NCBI GenBank assembly: GCA_011364965.1
Contig: RDOB01000003.1
Span: 432,939 to 496,938, forward strand
Direction: 5' to 3'
DNA: 64,000 nucleotides
Source: Candidatus Heimdallarchaeota archaeon
Lineage (GTDB): Archaea > Asgardarchaeota > Heimdallarchaeia > Hodarchaeales > Hodarchaeaceae
Positions 19,631-30,050 of the stretch are shown piece by piece. Made by a program: the position numbers and the translations under genes. How positions within the stretch are numbered: the first letter of the stretch is position 1; each line of letters starts with the position of its first letter. The notes beneath the pieces were generated by a model that was not told where the DNA came from, searched no databases, and saw nothing but the letters and a program-made list of their open reading frames with translations.

Positions 19631-20524
19631 TCATGTGTTTAAATGAACCATCTTTTTACTTAAATCCCAAAGCTCTTCTTGTAGATTTGTATCATAGGTT
19701 ATTTTTGACGATAAAGATTCTTTTTTCTTAACAAAATATTTTCCACTTACACCCTCGATTTCCGGTGAACTAGCGAGATATACTGAGCTCTCGGCTCCTT
19801 TTTCTGGAGGTAATGAAATAATTCGACTAATTGGAGAAAATAAAGTCCCAATGATGCGTCCATAGGTATTCTTAATCATATTAGTACGTACAAATCCTGG
19901 ATGAAGTGCATTTGCCGTCACAGTAGTATATCCCTCTGATTTAAGGCGTCTTGCTAACGCGTAAGTAAACATTAGATTGGCAACCTTTGTTTCACCATAC
20001 CTATCCAGAGCTTTATACTTCCTTTTCTCCACATTAAGATCATCTAAATTAATACCTGATCGATGGTGTGCACCAGAATTTACATTAATGATTCGAGAGG
20101 GGGAATTTGCAATTAATGTTTCTAAGAGAAGATTGGATAATAAGAAGGGAGCTAAATGGTTGACAGCGAGAGTCATTTCAATTCCATCCACACTCAAGGT
20201 TAATTTAGGCTTCATTATGCCCGCGTTATTAATTAAAATGTGTAGCTCGTTATAATTCGACTTAAAATCTTCAAATAATTTTCTAATAGAGTTCTGCGAT
20301 GAAAGATCAGCAACCAGTATATCAATATGGGGATTATTTGACATTTTTTTAATTTCTGCTTGTGTAGCCAAACCTTTCGACTTATTTCTGCAAATAAGAA
20401 TGATTTTTGACCCCATTTTAGCCAGTTCTAAAGCAGTTATCTTACCTATACCGCTATTAGCGCCAGTGACTAAACAAACCTTCTCTTCCATTTTCCATTT
20501 TGTTGATACTCGCATTCTCATCAT
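19631..20524 (-). CDS. Short-chain dehydrogenase/reductase (retinol-DH/WWOX-like)
   Basis: TGANSGIG, LINNAG, VNHLAPFLL, YGETK and LHPGFVRT motifs. Confidence 0.92.
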   Translation of the reverse strand: MMRMRVSTKWKMEEKVCLVTGANSGIGKITALELAKMGSKIILICRNKSKGLATQAEIKKMSNNPHIDILVADLSSQNSIRKLFEDFKSNYNELHILINNAGIMKPKLTLSVDGIEMTLAVNHLAPFLLSNLLLETLIANSPSRIINVNSGAHHRSGINLDDLNVEKRKYKALDRYGETKVANLMFTYALARRLKSEGYTTVTANALHPGFVRTNMIKNTYGRIIGTLFSPISRIISLPPEKGAESSVYLASSPEIEGVSGKYFVKKKESLSSKITYDTNLQEELWDLSKKMVHLNT

Positions 20525-20646
20525 CTTAAGATTTATTCAGGCTTCAGAAGTCCTGATAAGAATTATCCTATCACACTTAATTGAGACAATTACTTTAGAA
20601 GTTAAATTATAGACGTTCTTATATACATTTAGACAGTAAAATTTGA

Positions 20647-21255
20647 ATGTTATCGCAAATGAACATCATGGGATTTCTTATGAATAAAAAATTAGGTGAG
20701 ATAGAACCATTTTCTAAAAAAAGATTGGATCCACTTGAAATTTTGATAATATACGGGCCAGGAATATTTATTATCTTGCTTGCTTGGTTTTATTTTGAGT
20801 TCCTCGGCTATCCTCTTGTCACAACAGCAAAAGAAACCCTAACTTCAGTAGCTCCTGCTATTTATATGCTACCAGCTTTCTTCCCTTTTGGAATACTTAT
20901 TGGAGAGGAAATTTGGTATTTTTTTCAATTTAAAGATTTTAATCGCGTTATTATTAAATCTGGGGGATTATTAATTCTTGCTTTTATGTCAGGAGTACGT
21001 CTTATTTTTCAAATACCAATCAGTGGACATTCTCTTATCTTAAGCTATTTTATTTTACAAGAAGTAATCACAAATCAAGCTAAATACATCTTTAGATTAA
21101 TGATTGGAATCATAGTCTTATGTATAACCCTATATTATAAGATAATGCTATGGAAAGATCCTATCACTTTATTTTTAGGACTCATTGGAGGAGTTTTAAT
21201 ATGGGGGATCATTAAATTTCTAAACAATAGGATTAATACTAAAATTAATCTTTAA
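20647..21255 (+). CDS. Hypothetical membrane protein (~5-6 TM)
   Basis: Hydrophobic ORF with an ISGH motif and K...WKDP. Confidence 0.65.
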   Translation: MLSQMNIMGFLMNKKLGEIEPFSKKRLDPLEILIIYGPGIFIILLAWFYFEFLGYPLVTTAKETLTSVAPAIYMLPAFFPFGILIGEEIWYFFQFKDFNRVIIKSGGLLILAFMSGVRLIFQIPISGHSLILSYFILQEVITNQAKYIFRLMIGIIVLCITLYYKIMLWKDPITLFLGLIGGVLIWGIIKFLNNRINTKINL

Positions 21256-21456
21256 AATTCATTATACAGGCAAATTTTAATTAATTTCACAATTCTAAAC
21301 ATTTAAGGAGCTCTTGTAAAAAATAAAACACGAATATTTCTACTTTTATGATTATTCGTTTCAATTTTACTTATAATAGAGATTCTGGGATAAGCTATTT
21401 TATAAACTCGCTAAAATAATTATAATTTAGCTTTTTGATCAAGGGACGCATTTATC

Positions 21457-23694
21457 ATGGATAAAAGCAAAGTTGCATTTTGGGGATTAGTTATTATCAT
21501 AATAGGAATAACAGGAGGATTAATTTTGCCTGTGCTTCCTTCCTTGGCAAAAATGAGTTCTAACGATCTGGAAATTAAATATTCTCTAGTAATAAATCGT
21601 ATAACTGGGAAAGAGCTATATTCTGATTTATATGATACATTTGAATCTCATTATTGGCCTTTGATAGCCCCTACTGATATAACAGTATCAAATTATGCAG
21701 CCCCTTTCACTTTTAATTCAACAAACGGTATAAACACCACTGATAATTTATATTATGGTAATGCTTATCGCGGAAAGAAATTAATTGGAGAAAATCGGAA
21801 AACATTCCTTATACTCAGTCAATCTGTCTTTGAATCAGAGGAAACGCTCAATGAGAGTATATATTCGTTATATGAGAATTTCTCTTGGTCTTATAGTGTC
21901 TATGTAGAGCACACTGACGATGAACATGGGGTGGATCGGCTAATCCTTTCTTTTCGCTCAATTATTGATCCAGTAGATAGCCAAGTTTGGTCAGGATGGT
22001 TTATTTGGACATACAACTCAGAGAGAATAGCTGAACGCTTTGATCTGATAGTTTGGAGGATTGACGCGACTCTTGTAAATAGCTACGACCCCCTTACAAA
22101 CCCAGATAAATCCAACTTGACAGCATACTATGAGTTTACTTACGAAGTACCTGGCATTATTAATGAATCACTGGCTTTTGTATTTATTTTCATGGGTGGA
22201 GTATGTTCGATTTTGATCGCTCCCTTCATTCTAATCGGATTTATTGTAAGAAGGCCCATTAAACAATATGTTACAACAGAGAGGATTCCTCAAACCAATT
22301 TGATACCTCTGATCGAAGGAAGGAGAGGAAATGTAAAATTGATAACTGGAATAGTCATCTTAACGACTTTTTTAGGATTCCAGTTTATCTTCCCATCAAA
22401 CACCGCCACCCTTCTTGTCTCGGTATTATTAAGTGGGTTTTTATGGTTTGGACCTTATCTTGTTCTAAGATCAATCATCGAATTGAGAAATAAGGCCTCA
22501 GTTAGAATTTTACCAATTGGTTTAATAATTATTATTTCAATTGTTATTGGATACATTAACCTTCAAAATCTTCAAGCAGGAATTGGATTATATATTAATC
22601 CTAATATGTTTGAAAGTGTGATATTTGTTTCTTCATTATTTTATGGAACAACATTTGGTGCATTAACAGCTTTTCTGTTAATCTATGAAGCATTTTACAT
22701 AAGCAATTGGAATTATGATCCAAATGATAGATCTTTCATAATTGAACGCAATCATCCATTTTCTAAGGCAAAAGAAAGTATAAATATTGATAATTTAGCT
22801 GAAATCACGATTAATATCGAAAACAGACGTTCTAGATATAGTACATACAAAGTAGCGATACTGAGATTAGTAGGAAAACCTGAATATAAATCGAAACAAC
22901 AGTCATGGCAATTGACCAATTCAACCTCGTATCAACAGTTATTTAATACAATTGAAACATTAAAGAATTATAAGTTGATATCTGATTATTCATTAGAAAC
23001 TACTACTAAGCAAACAGAATATTTAGACTCTCAAATTGCAGACAAAGAACGATGGATGAAGTTGGAAGAAAAATATCCCGAGTTAAAGAAACAAAGGCCG
23101 AACTTAATCATTTTAGAAGAACAGATGAAGACTTTTGGAATAAACATTGAACATAAGGTAGGAGGAGACATTTCTTTATTTATTGCTGGATATAAACACC
23201 ATAATCAGAAATCTCTTGTTATAAATTTCGTGTTATTTGCTGCAATAACTGTCATTCTTTTAATTTCCCCTATTCTCCCTATTCGTCTAGCTCTTCAAAG
23301 GGCATTTATAAATGCAATGGAACCCATAATATTCTTTGGAATCACTATGTTTGTGTTGGGATGTTTTTCATTATATAAATGTACTGAGATCTTACAACAA
23401 ATAATGAGAACCAGAAGCCAGACTTCTGTTTTTATAGAACTCACATCAGACTCACTTAGTTTACATTTTAATAGCTTAGATGAAAGAAAAGCGGAAAAAT
23501 ATCAATTATTTTTGCTCTGTGACCTTGATGTACGACGAAATCATTTCTCAGGAGTTAAAATCAGTCTGAGTAAAGAATACAGCTTTTTACCATTATTGTA
23601 TTTTAATGACCGAGAATTTGCCAAAATTATATCTGATTATATTTCGTATTATGCATATCAGTCCTTCATAACCACCAAAAGCAATGAGATCTAA
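21457..23694 (+). CDS. Large membrane protein with extracellular N-glycosylation-sequon-rich domain and cytoplasmic beta-rich (PH-like?) segments
   Basis: N-terminal TM/signal, a ~200-aa soluble region with NST/NTT/NES/NFS/NLT sequons, and about 7 further TM helices. Confidence 0.7.
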   Translation: MDKSKVAFWGLVIIIIGITGGLILPVLPSLAKMSSNDLEIKYSLVINRITGKELYSDLYDTFESHYWPLIAPTDITVSNYAAPFTFNSTNGINTTDNLYYGNAYRGKKLIGENRKTFLILSQSVFESEETLNESIYSLYENFSWSYSVYVEHTDDEHGVDRLILSFRSIIDPVDSQVWSGWFIWTYNSERIAERFDLIVWRIDATLVNSYDPLTNPDKSNLTAYYEFTYEVPGIINESLAFVFIFMGGVCSILIAPFILIGFIVRRPIKQYVTTERIPQTNLIPLIEGRRGNVKLITGIVILTTFLGFQFIFPSNTATLLVSVLLSGFLWFGPYLVLRSIIELRNKASVRILPIGLIIIISIVIGYINLQNLQAGIGLYINPNMFESVIFVSSLFYGTTFGALTAFLLIYEAFYISNWNYDPNDRSFIIERNHPFSKAKESINIDNLAEITINIENRRSRYSTYKVAILRLVGKPEYKSKQQSWQLTNSTSYQQLFNTIETLKNYKLISDYSLETTTKQTEYLDSQIADKERWMKLEEKYPELKKQRPNLIILEEQMKTFGINIEHKVGGDISLFIAGYKHHNQKSLVINFVLFAAITVILLISPILPIRLALQRAFINAMEPIIFFGITMFVLGCFSLYKCTEILQQIMRTRSQTSVFIELTSDSLSLHFNSLDERKAEKYQLFLLCDLDVRRNHFSGVKISLSKEYSFLPLLYFNDREFAKIISDYISYYAYQSFITTKSNEI

Positions 23695-23812
23695 TATGTG
23701 ATATAATTACTTATGCAATTATGAAATTTTGATAGTAATGAACTGTAATTGAATGTTGTTAAAAAAATTAGGGGAGAAAGGAGAAGCAAAGCAGATTTTC
23801 TACCTTCGCTCC

Positions 23813-24520
23813 TCACAAATGAACGGATTCATTCCCATCAGATTCCCGGTGGTCCGGTGAGGCTCCGTGTTTGAAGAAGAAAGTCATTAGTTGTGGAAAC
23901 TGTCTGAGAATGAGTAGAAAGAATACAAACGCAACAAGTAATACCATAGGATGAGTAAAATTAAATTCAAGAGCTGAATCATTCCAACGAACATACCATT
24001 GATTGCGGTTGCAGCTCTGTAATATGTTGAATGCAGCTCCTGATGGAAGATAAGTCACAACCCATGCATGATTATTGTTAAGCACCACATAACTGAGATG
24101 ACCACGATAAAGGAGTAAAGAGCAAGCCACAAAAGCACGGCCATCGCAATCATCGCCATAAGTAAGAGCTTGTTCAATAGTCGGAAAATGTTCAAAGGAA
24201 GGATGAGCAGGATTCTTTATATCTTTGAGATAAGGAACGCGATTAACAATAAATCGTTCAAGGGCATTGAATTCAGCTTTTACAAATTCATCCCAGGGAA
24301 CGCCACGTTTGGTTAATGAAGCTTGAAAAGGAGCAAAATCTGATTCAAAATCTTCATTTAATTCACCAATTAAAGGATTATATGGCTGAACAGTCATAGT
24401 AGGATTCAATTTATAAAAAAATTGGGTAGGCCATTCAGAAACATCAGAACAACCACCAGATAGCACCAAACAAACAGTTAAACACATAAACACTTTAAAC
24501 AACACAAATTTTCTCTTCAA
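23813..24520 (-). CDS. Membrane-anchored transglutaminase-like (papain-fold) Cys protein
   Basis: GDDCDGRA..ACSLL and NHAWV motifs. N-terminal signal ending LSGGC and a C-terminal TM helix. Confidence 0.7.
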   Translation of the reverse strand: MKRKFVLFKVFMCLTVCLVLSGGCSDVSEWPTQFFYKLNPTMTVQPYNPLIGELNEDFESDFAPFQASLTKRGVPWDEFVKAEFNALERFIVNRVPYLKDIKNPAHPSFEHFPTIEQALTYGDDCDGRAFVACSLLLYRGHLSYVVLNNNHAWVVTYLPSGAAFNILQSCNRNQWYVRWNDSALEFNFTHPMVLLVAFVFFLLILRQFPQLMTFFFKHGASPDHRESDGNESVHL

Positions 24521-24813
24521 ACATGAACCTTCTCCCCCCGAGTATCTTTCCCCCCGAATCGTTCATATACATAATTAGTAAAACATACATATAAAAATGT
24601 TTTGTTTACCAAAAGAGTATATTTAAATAAAGAAACAATACCTATTAAGAAGCTAAGATTTCACATTCAATTCCCTAAAAATATAGAAAAACTATGAAAA
24701 ACTTTGTTTACAACAAATTATCAATAGGGGGTTCAGGGACGGGTCTTAGCAACATCTAGTTCTTCTTCTTAATACAGAACTTTTTTAAGATTAATTTACT
24801 TTTTTTGTAAATA

Positions 24814-25473
24814 ATGTCTACTTCCCTGAAACCCCTCTGTCAGATCGCCACAGTTGGCCGCAATCCTGAATGGATCAAAATTGGTCTTTTTCGTTATCCA
24901 ACAAAAAAATTAGTACTTATTACGACCAAGGATTACTATTCAAAGGCTGAGGAGGTCAAAGATATTGCTATAGGGATTGATGTCGAAATTAAGGTGATAG
25001 AAAAACCTCGTGACTCCAACTATATTGTATTATTCCTTAAAGATCTTATTAATCACTACCACAAAAAATATGACATTCGTCTCAATGTTACATCAGGCCT
25101 TGTTAGCTGGCAATTACTTTTTTATAATACGGCTACTATTCTGCAAGATAAGCTCAAAAGCTTTTATATCATTGATAAGGAAGAGAAAGAACCTCTAGAA
25201 TTACTGCTTTATAGTCCTTTAACCAAAACTCAGAAGAAAATTCTAATGATTATCCCTCTAGAACAGACTGATTTACAAACTATTACCAATCGCTATCAAA
25301 TTGTTCAAAAAAAGGCAGGTAAAGAAGAAGATCAAGGTACCAAAGGCTTACTATCTCGCTATATTAAACAACTTATAAATGAAGGGTTAGTCGAGTTTTA
25401 TGGAACTGGTAAGAATAAGAAATTTGGTCTTTCCAAAAAAGGCCAGTTACTTCAATTATTACTAAAAGAATGA
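24814..25473 (+). CDS. CARF (Csa3/DUF6293-like) + winged-HTH transcriptional regulator
   Basis: QIATVG...KLVLI...RLNVTSG Rossmann-like CARF motifs, then LTKTQKKIL...KGLLSRYIKQLINEGLV...KKFGLSKKG wHTH. Confidence 0.78.
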   Translation: MSTSLKPLCQIATVGRNPEWIKIGLFRYPTKKLVLITTKDYYSKAEEVKDIAIGIDVEIKVIEKPRDSNYIVLFLKDLINHYHKKYDIRLNVTSGLVSWQLLFYNTATILQDKLKSFYIIDKEEKEPLELLLYSPLTKTQKKILMIIPLEQTDLQTITNRYQIVQKKAGKEEDQGTKGLLSRYIKQLINEGLVEFYGTGKNKKFGLSKKGQLLQLLLKE

Positions 25474-28164
25474 AGTTAAAAATATAATTTCCATTAGTGC
25501 AACAATCTGTTTTGATTTTAATCCAAAGAAAAGCTCCGCTCTAATATTTTCAGAGAAAGCGTAATTGCTTAGCAATTGATATATTTTCGTAGGTTCCTTG
25601 GAGAAAATTTGAAGCTCATTTTGGATGTCAACCTTCTCAGGATCCAAAATACGTAAGTATACTCCCTTTCGTAAGTTATTCAATTCATTTTTCCGTAGAT
25701 ATCGTTCCATTATCGGTATAAGTATGTTTAGGTTTTCCTCTATTTCTAGACCCTTTTCAACCAACTCAGGGAGTCTTGAATCTATATATTGTTTGATATC
25801 AATGGGAATATTTAATCTAGGAAGCAATTTTTTACATATCGAAAGTTGATTTGAAGATTTATCAGACAAATTCCGATCTTGATTCCGTAAAGTGATTAAA
25901 ATATTATCTCGGGGAGTTACATCTGGGATGTTGACTTTTAATGTTTTTTGAGTAGAATCATATTTTGATTGTCCAATTATCTCTTCATTATTCAGAAAAA
26001 TAGATATTTTTGGAATCTCGTTAAAATTTCTAAATACTAAACGGTAATTCCTTTGGTTGGGCATAAATTTATCTAGAATTACTTTGTTACCACTTGGGAG
26101 AGGAGTGATGGAAAATTCTAACTGCGTTATTTGCCACTTAAGAGTCATCTCAGTGATTAAAAATTGATTATTGATGAAAGCGTTTGTTTCTCCATCATCT
26201 TCAAATAAGTAAAAGGAATTTGAGTCTCCAGGAAAAATAATTATCTCAAGTGAAGAAGGAGATTTCACACAATTGAGATCTTTCTTCTCATCAATTACAG
26301 CTAAAGGAACAATCGCTCCTGCTTTAGCAAACACAGGAATTTCCTCAAGTCCATAATAGAGAGCATATGTTTTTCCTCCCTCAAGAAAATCCCCTGTGAA
26401 AAAATTATACCATTTACCTTGTGGAAGCCAGATTTCTACCCTAGCTAATCCTACTTCACTATCTATTGGGGCAGTTATAGGACAACACAATAGTTCAGAC
26501 CCAAAAAAATACTGATTAGGTTGCTGATATGCTATACATTCATCTGGATAAAGATAATACAAAGGTTGGATTAGAGGGACAGATTGAGTATGAGTTTTCC
26601 ACGCGAAGGAATATAAATAAGGGATCAATGCATGTCGCAATTTCATGGCCTGTTTAACAATAATAAATACCTCATCACCGTATTTCCATGGCAATCTTTC
26701 AATATAGACGTGCTTTGTGGCGTGTAATCGAAATATTGGACTGAATACTCCCAATTGAACCCATCGAGTAAATAACTCAGCTGACATAATACCCCCCATA
26801 TGCCCTCCAATGTCGTTACTCCACCAAGGATAACACACGTTACTAGCTGTGGCATTAAAATAGGGTTGAAAAGCAAGACTCTCCCATGTGATGTAAGTAT
26901 CGCCAGAAAATCCAATTTGGTACCTATGGTTTCCCAAACCTCCGTATCGTGAGAATATAAATGGTCTTGAGTCCTTCCCTCTTGCTAAATTATAAAAATG
27001 TAAATGATTTAACCACCAAAGGGGATCTAGACCCTCAATGGCTGTTTTGGATCCTTGTTGCCAGTCTAGCCACCAGAAATCAATACCTTCCTCTTCATAA
27101 GGATGGAGGATAAGATCAAAGTATGCAGAAATAAAATTAATATCAGTGCAATCAAATGGAATTAAATCTTTTTTTTCAGCATCTAAACCTAAACGCAGAG
27201 CAATGTCGGGGTAAACAGCTTCATGAGCTGCTATTCCCTGGGCAGGATGGAGATTTAAAGCAACTTTTAATTGTTTGGAATGTAATTTCTTTAGCAATGT
27301 ACGATAATCAGGGAAAAGATCTTTGTTCCAAGTAAAACCTGTCCATCCTGAATGAAATTCAACACCTTCCCAATTCTCTGTTGTATGTCTTCTGAGATAT
27401 TCCCGAATATTTACGATGTGCCAATCCATATCAATGATACACACAGATAGAGGAATTTTTTTTTCTTGGAATTTCATCATTAACTGGATTATATCCTTTT
27501 GTGAATAGGCCCAATAACGACTCCACCAGTTTCCCAAAGCCCAGCGGGGAATCAAGGGGATGTTTCCAGCTAATTTGGTATATTCTTTTAAGCAAGAGGA
27601 ATAGTCTCGTCCATAACCAAAAAAGTAAAGGTCTTTATAATCCTCTAATTTTTTACGGGGTTCTAATACTGATTTACTGTTAAAGATCAGGGTATTTGTA
27701 TCATCAATAAGACACCATCCCGATTTAGACAATAAACCATCATTTAATTCCGTTGCACCATCTACTTGATCGAGTGTTCTTGCTGTTCCCTTCAAATTAT
27801 CATGATCATCATCTCCGTAATGCCAAATAATGGGAGTGTTTATCAATTCAATGGATAATGACCATCCAGTAAATTTTCCAGCATCGTAAATATAGCGAAG
27901 GTGAAGATAATCAGTAACAATTTCTAAAAGAGAATTTTCTTTAATTACTTCGAAAATAGGCGTTTCTTGATTCCTATACCAAAATATTTGACTTGGACGA
28001 TCCTCAAATTCATTCCTTGAACTAAATTCCATTCTGATGACTCTTGAAGTGAGTACTGTAAATCTTGTATTTTGAGAAAAGACCATTGACTTAGGATTGG
28101 CTTGAGCATCAAATTTTAGCCCATTAGTGAAGGAGAAAGAGCACATACCAAGAAGATAGTTCAA
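25462..28164 (-). CDS. Glycoside hydrolase family 31 (alpha-glucosidase/xylosidase)
   Basis: NLKGTARTLD, PRWALGNWWSRY, IIDMDWH, IDFWWLDWQQG nucleophile region, GFSGD and WSNDIGGH. Confidence 0.93.
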   Translation of the reverse strand: MNYLLGMCSFSFTNGLKFDAQANPKSMVFSQNTRFTVLTSRVIRMEFSSRNEFEDRPSQIFWYRNQETPIFEVIKENSLLEIVTDYLHLRYIYDAGKFTGWSLSIELINTPIIWHYGDDDHDNLKGTARTLDQVDGATELNDGLLSKSGWCLIDDTNTLIFNSKSVLEPRKKLEDYKDLYFFGYGRDYSSCLKEYTKLAGNIPLIPRWALGNWWSRYWAYSQKDIIQLMMKFQEKKIPLSVCIIDMDWHIVNIREYLRRHTTENWEGVEFHSGWTGFTWNKDLFPDYRTLLKKLHSKQLKVALNLHPAQGIAAHEAVYPDIALRLGLDAEKKDLIPFDCTDINFISAYFDLILHPYEEEGIDFWWLDWQQGSKTAIEGLDPLWWLNHLHFYNLARGKDSRPFIFSRYGGLGNHRYQIGFSGDTYITWESLAFQPYFNATASNVCYPWWSNDIGGHMGGIMSAELFTRWVQLGVFSPIFRLHATKHVYIERLPWKYGDEVFIIVKQAMKLRHALIPYLYSFAWKTHTQSVPLIQPLYYLYPDECIAYQQPNQYFFGSELLCCPITAPIDSEVGLARVEIWLPQGKWYNFFTGDFLEGGKTYALYYGLEEIPVFAKAGAIVPLAVIDEKKDLNCVKSPSSLEIIIFPGDSNSFYLFEDDGETNAFINNQFLITEMTLKWQITQLEFSITPLPSGNKVILDKFMPNQRNYRLVFRNFNEIPKISIFLNNEEIIGQSKYDSTQKTLKVNIPDVTPRDNILITLRNQDRNLSDKSSNQLSICKKLLPRLNIPIDIKQYIDSRLPELVEKGLEIEENLNILIPIMERYLRKNELNNLRKGVYLRILDPEKVDIQNELQIFSKEPTKIYQLLSNYAFSENIRAELFFGLKSKQIVALMEIIFLTSFF

Positions 28165-28300
28165 GTTTTGAAATAGTTTGTGATTTTTTTAGAAAATTCA
28201 ATATATTATTTACGAATTTTTGATATTTGTTACTTCTTTTTTTAAGAATATTAAAAAAGGAAAGAAGGGATGAATATTAAGGTTTTCTCCTAAGCTCGCT

Positions 28301-29989
28301 TCATGATCGCTTTCTTTTCCTGATTATCATGGAGATAACGCTTATTATTATACTACCAAACAAAAATCCAGCCGCTGGTTCTGTCTGATCATCCCAGACG
28401 GTAGTTGTGGTCGTTGATGTATATGGGGGGGGAAGTTGAGAATAAGGAATACACCCAGATAAATTAAGTAAAGCACCAAGATAGATTTCCTCATCTGATT
28501 GAGCTGAGGGTGAACCAATTACGATATTTTGTAAATCACTTAAACCCTGATTGTTATCCGAGTCATTTGCCACGATGTAATACTGTACCTGGGAATTATC
28601 CAGCAAAGAACTAATATTATATTCATAATGATCTTGGTCAAAGACCATTGGAGCGTTTTCCCAGTATAGATTGTCTTTTGTATAAAAAATATTAACGGTG
28701 ACAGGAGACGACGCTCCTGAAAGACTAGCAGTGATCTCTAAGTCATCATCCGCGATTGGTGTGACTGGGATATGAGAGTTGCTGACTGAAATTGCTCCTG
28801 TTAGCTTATATGGGGTAGGGAATTCAAATGAATCAACGAGTATTCCCTCATCTAATCTTTGAGACAAATTTCCTAATCCGTATGCATCAATCCTTATATT
28901 ATCCCAATCTACATGTAGAATCGAATATCCAAAACCATATGCTGCAAAAGCTGGTTTATCTCGATATAAAACTGGTTCTCCCGTTTCAGTATCTATTTGT
29001 CTGGAACTTGGGATATATAATGATGCTCCAGCTCCTGCGACTAATGCTTGAGTAATATTTCTTTCTCCTATTAGGATTCGGTCATATAAATGATCATGGC
29101 TCGTTAAAAACGCAGTTATAGAATTGTTTTCTAATATTTCCCAAAAATCAGTAGCAGTTTCAGGCTCACCAATTAGTTCTGCAAAACCTAAAAGCCCTCT
29201 TGCAGGTTCGTATCGGGAGACATATGGGTAATGACTAATTACAAATTTATAGACTGCATTTGATTTCGCCAAGTCATTTTTTAACCATTCGATCTGTTCA
29301 CCTAGAATTTGATAATTATTTTCTAAAGAATCAAGAATTGTAAAATGACAAAAACCATAGTCAAAGGAATAATAACGTTCATTTCCCCAATGAGCAAAAA
29401 CATCCTCAAAAGTAATATCAGCAACATTTTGGGGATCATCATGGTTACCAATGGCAGCGTATATTGGAATCTCATGCTGAGCGCCATCCCGTACTTTTCG
29501 AAACGCATCCCATTGTGCTTCACGGCGTTCGGGTTTTGCTCCACCATCTGCTTCAATGAGATCTCCTCCTTCAATTATAAAATTAGGTTGATATTTCATC
29601 ATTTCATCAATAATCGTATAGTAAGTTTCTGTTACTTCTATTGCTTGTTGGGGGCCGCGATTATCACCATAAAATCCAAATGAAAAAGCTTGAGGTGAAC
29701 CATCTGTTGGAGCAGTCCGAAAGGTATAATTTCCAGAGTTAAGCAACAAGCTATAGGTATATGAGGTATTAGGGATAAGATTGTTTAATAAAATCTCATG
29801 AATAGTGAAGTTATATGGGAAATTGGGATTTTTCATCTTATACTGGATCACAGCTGATGTTTCATCTACCATGTTGACATTCGGACCCCAAATGGGACAA
29901 ACTAAATCGCTAATTTGAGCAACAGCAGGAAAAAAGATATAAGAAATAGTTAAAGTGAAGAAAAATGCAATAGAGTAACTTTTTTTCAT
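28301..29989 (-). CDS. Secreted purple-acid-phosphatase-like metallophosphoesterase with C-terminal membrane anchor/sorting signal
   Basis: Signal peptide. GDNRG, GGDL, IGNHD, SHYP and SHDHLY motifs. Thr-rich linker, PAAGF, TM helix and RKRKR tail. Confidence 0.87.
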   Translation of the reverse strand: MKKSYSIAFFFTLTISYIFFPAVAQISDLVCPIWGPNVNMVDETSAVIQYKMKNPNFPYNFTIHEILLNNLIPNTSYTYSLLLNSGNYTFRTAPTDGSPQAFSFGFYGDNRGPQQAIEVTETYYTIIDEMMKYQPNFIIEGGDLIEADGGAKPERREAQWDAFRKVRDGAQHEIPIYAAIGNHDDPQNVADITFEDVFAHWGNERYYSFDYGFCHFTILDSLENNYQILGEQIEWLKNDLAKSNAVYKFVISHYPYVSRYEPARGLLGFAELIGEPETATDFWEILENNSITAFLTSHDHLYDRILIGERNITQALVAGAGASLYIPSSRQIDTETGEPVLYRDKPAFAAYGFGYSILHVDWDNIRIDAYGLGNLSQRLDEGILVDSFEFPTPYKLTGAISVSNSHIPVTPIADDDLEITASLSGASSPVTVNIFYTKDNLYWENAPMVFDQDHYEYNISSLLDNSQVQYYIVANDSDNNQGLSDLQNIVIGSPSAQSDEEIYLGALLNLSGCIPYSQLPPPYTSTTTTTVWDDQTEPAAGFLFGSIIISVISMIIRKRKRS

Positions 29990-30050
29990 AATAATGACAC
30001 CTAGGATTTTTTATGGACTGATAATCATGATAAAAATTCTTTGAAAATGA

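Noticed and set aside
24520-24814. Possible CRISPR array or leader next to the Csa3-like gene
   Set aside because: There are no regularly spaced 25-40-bp repeats and no cas genes in the window.
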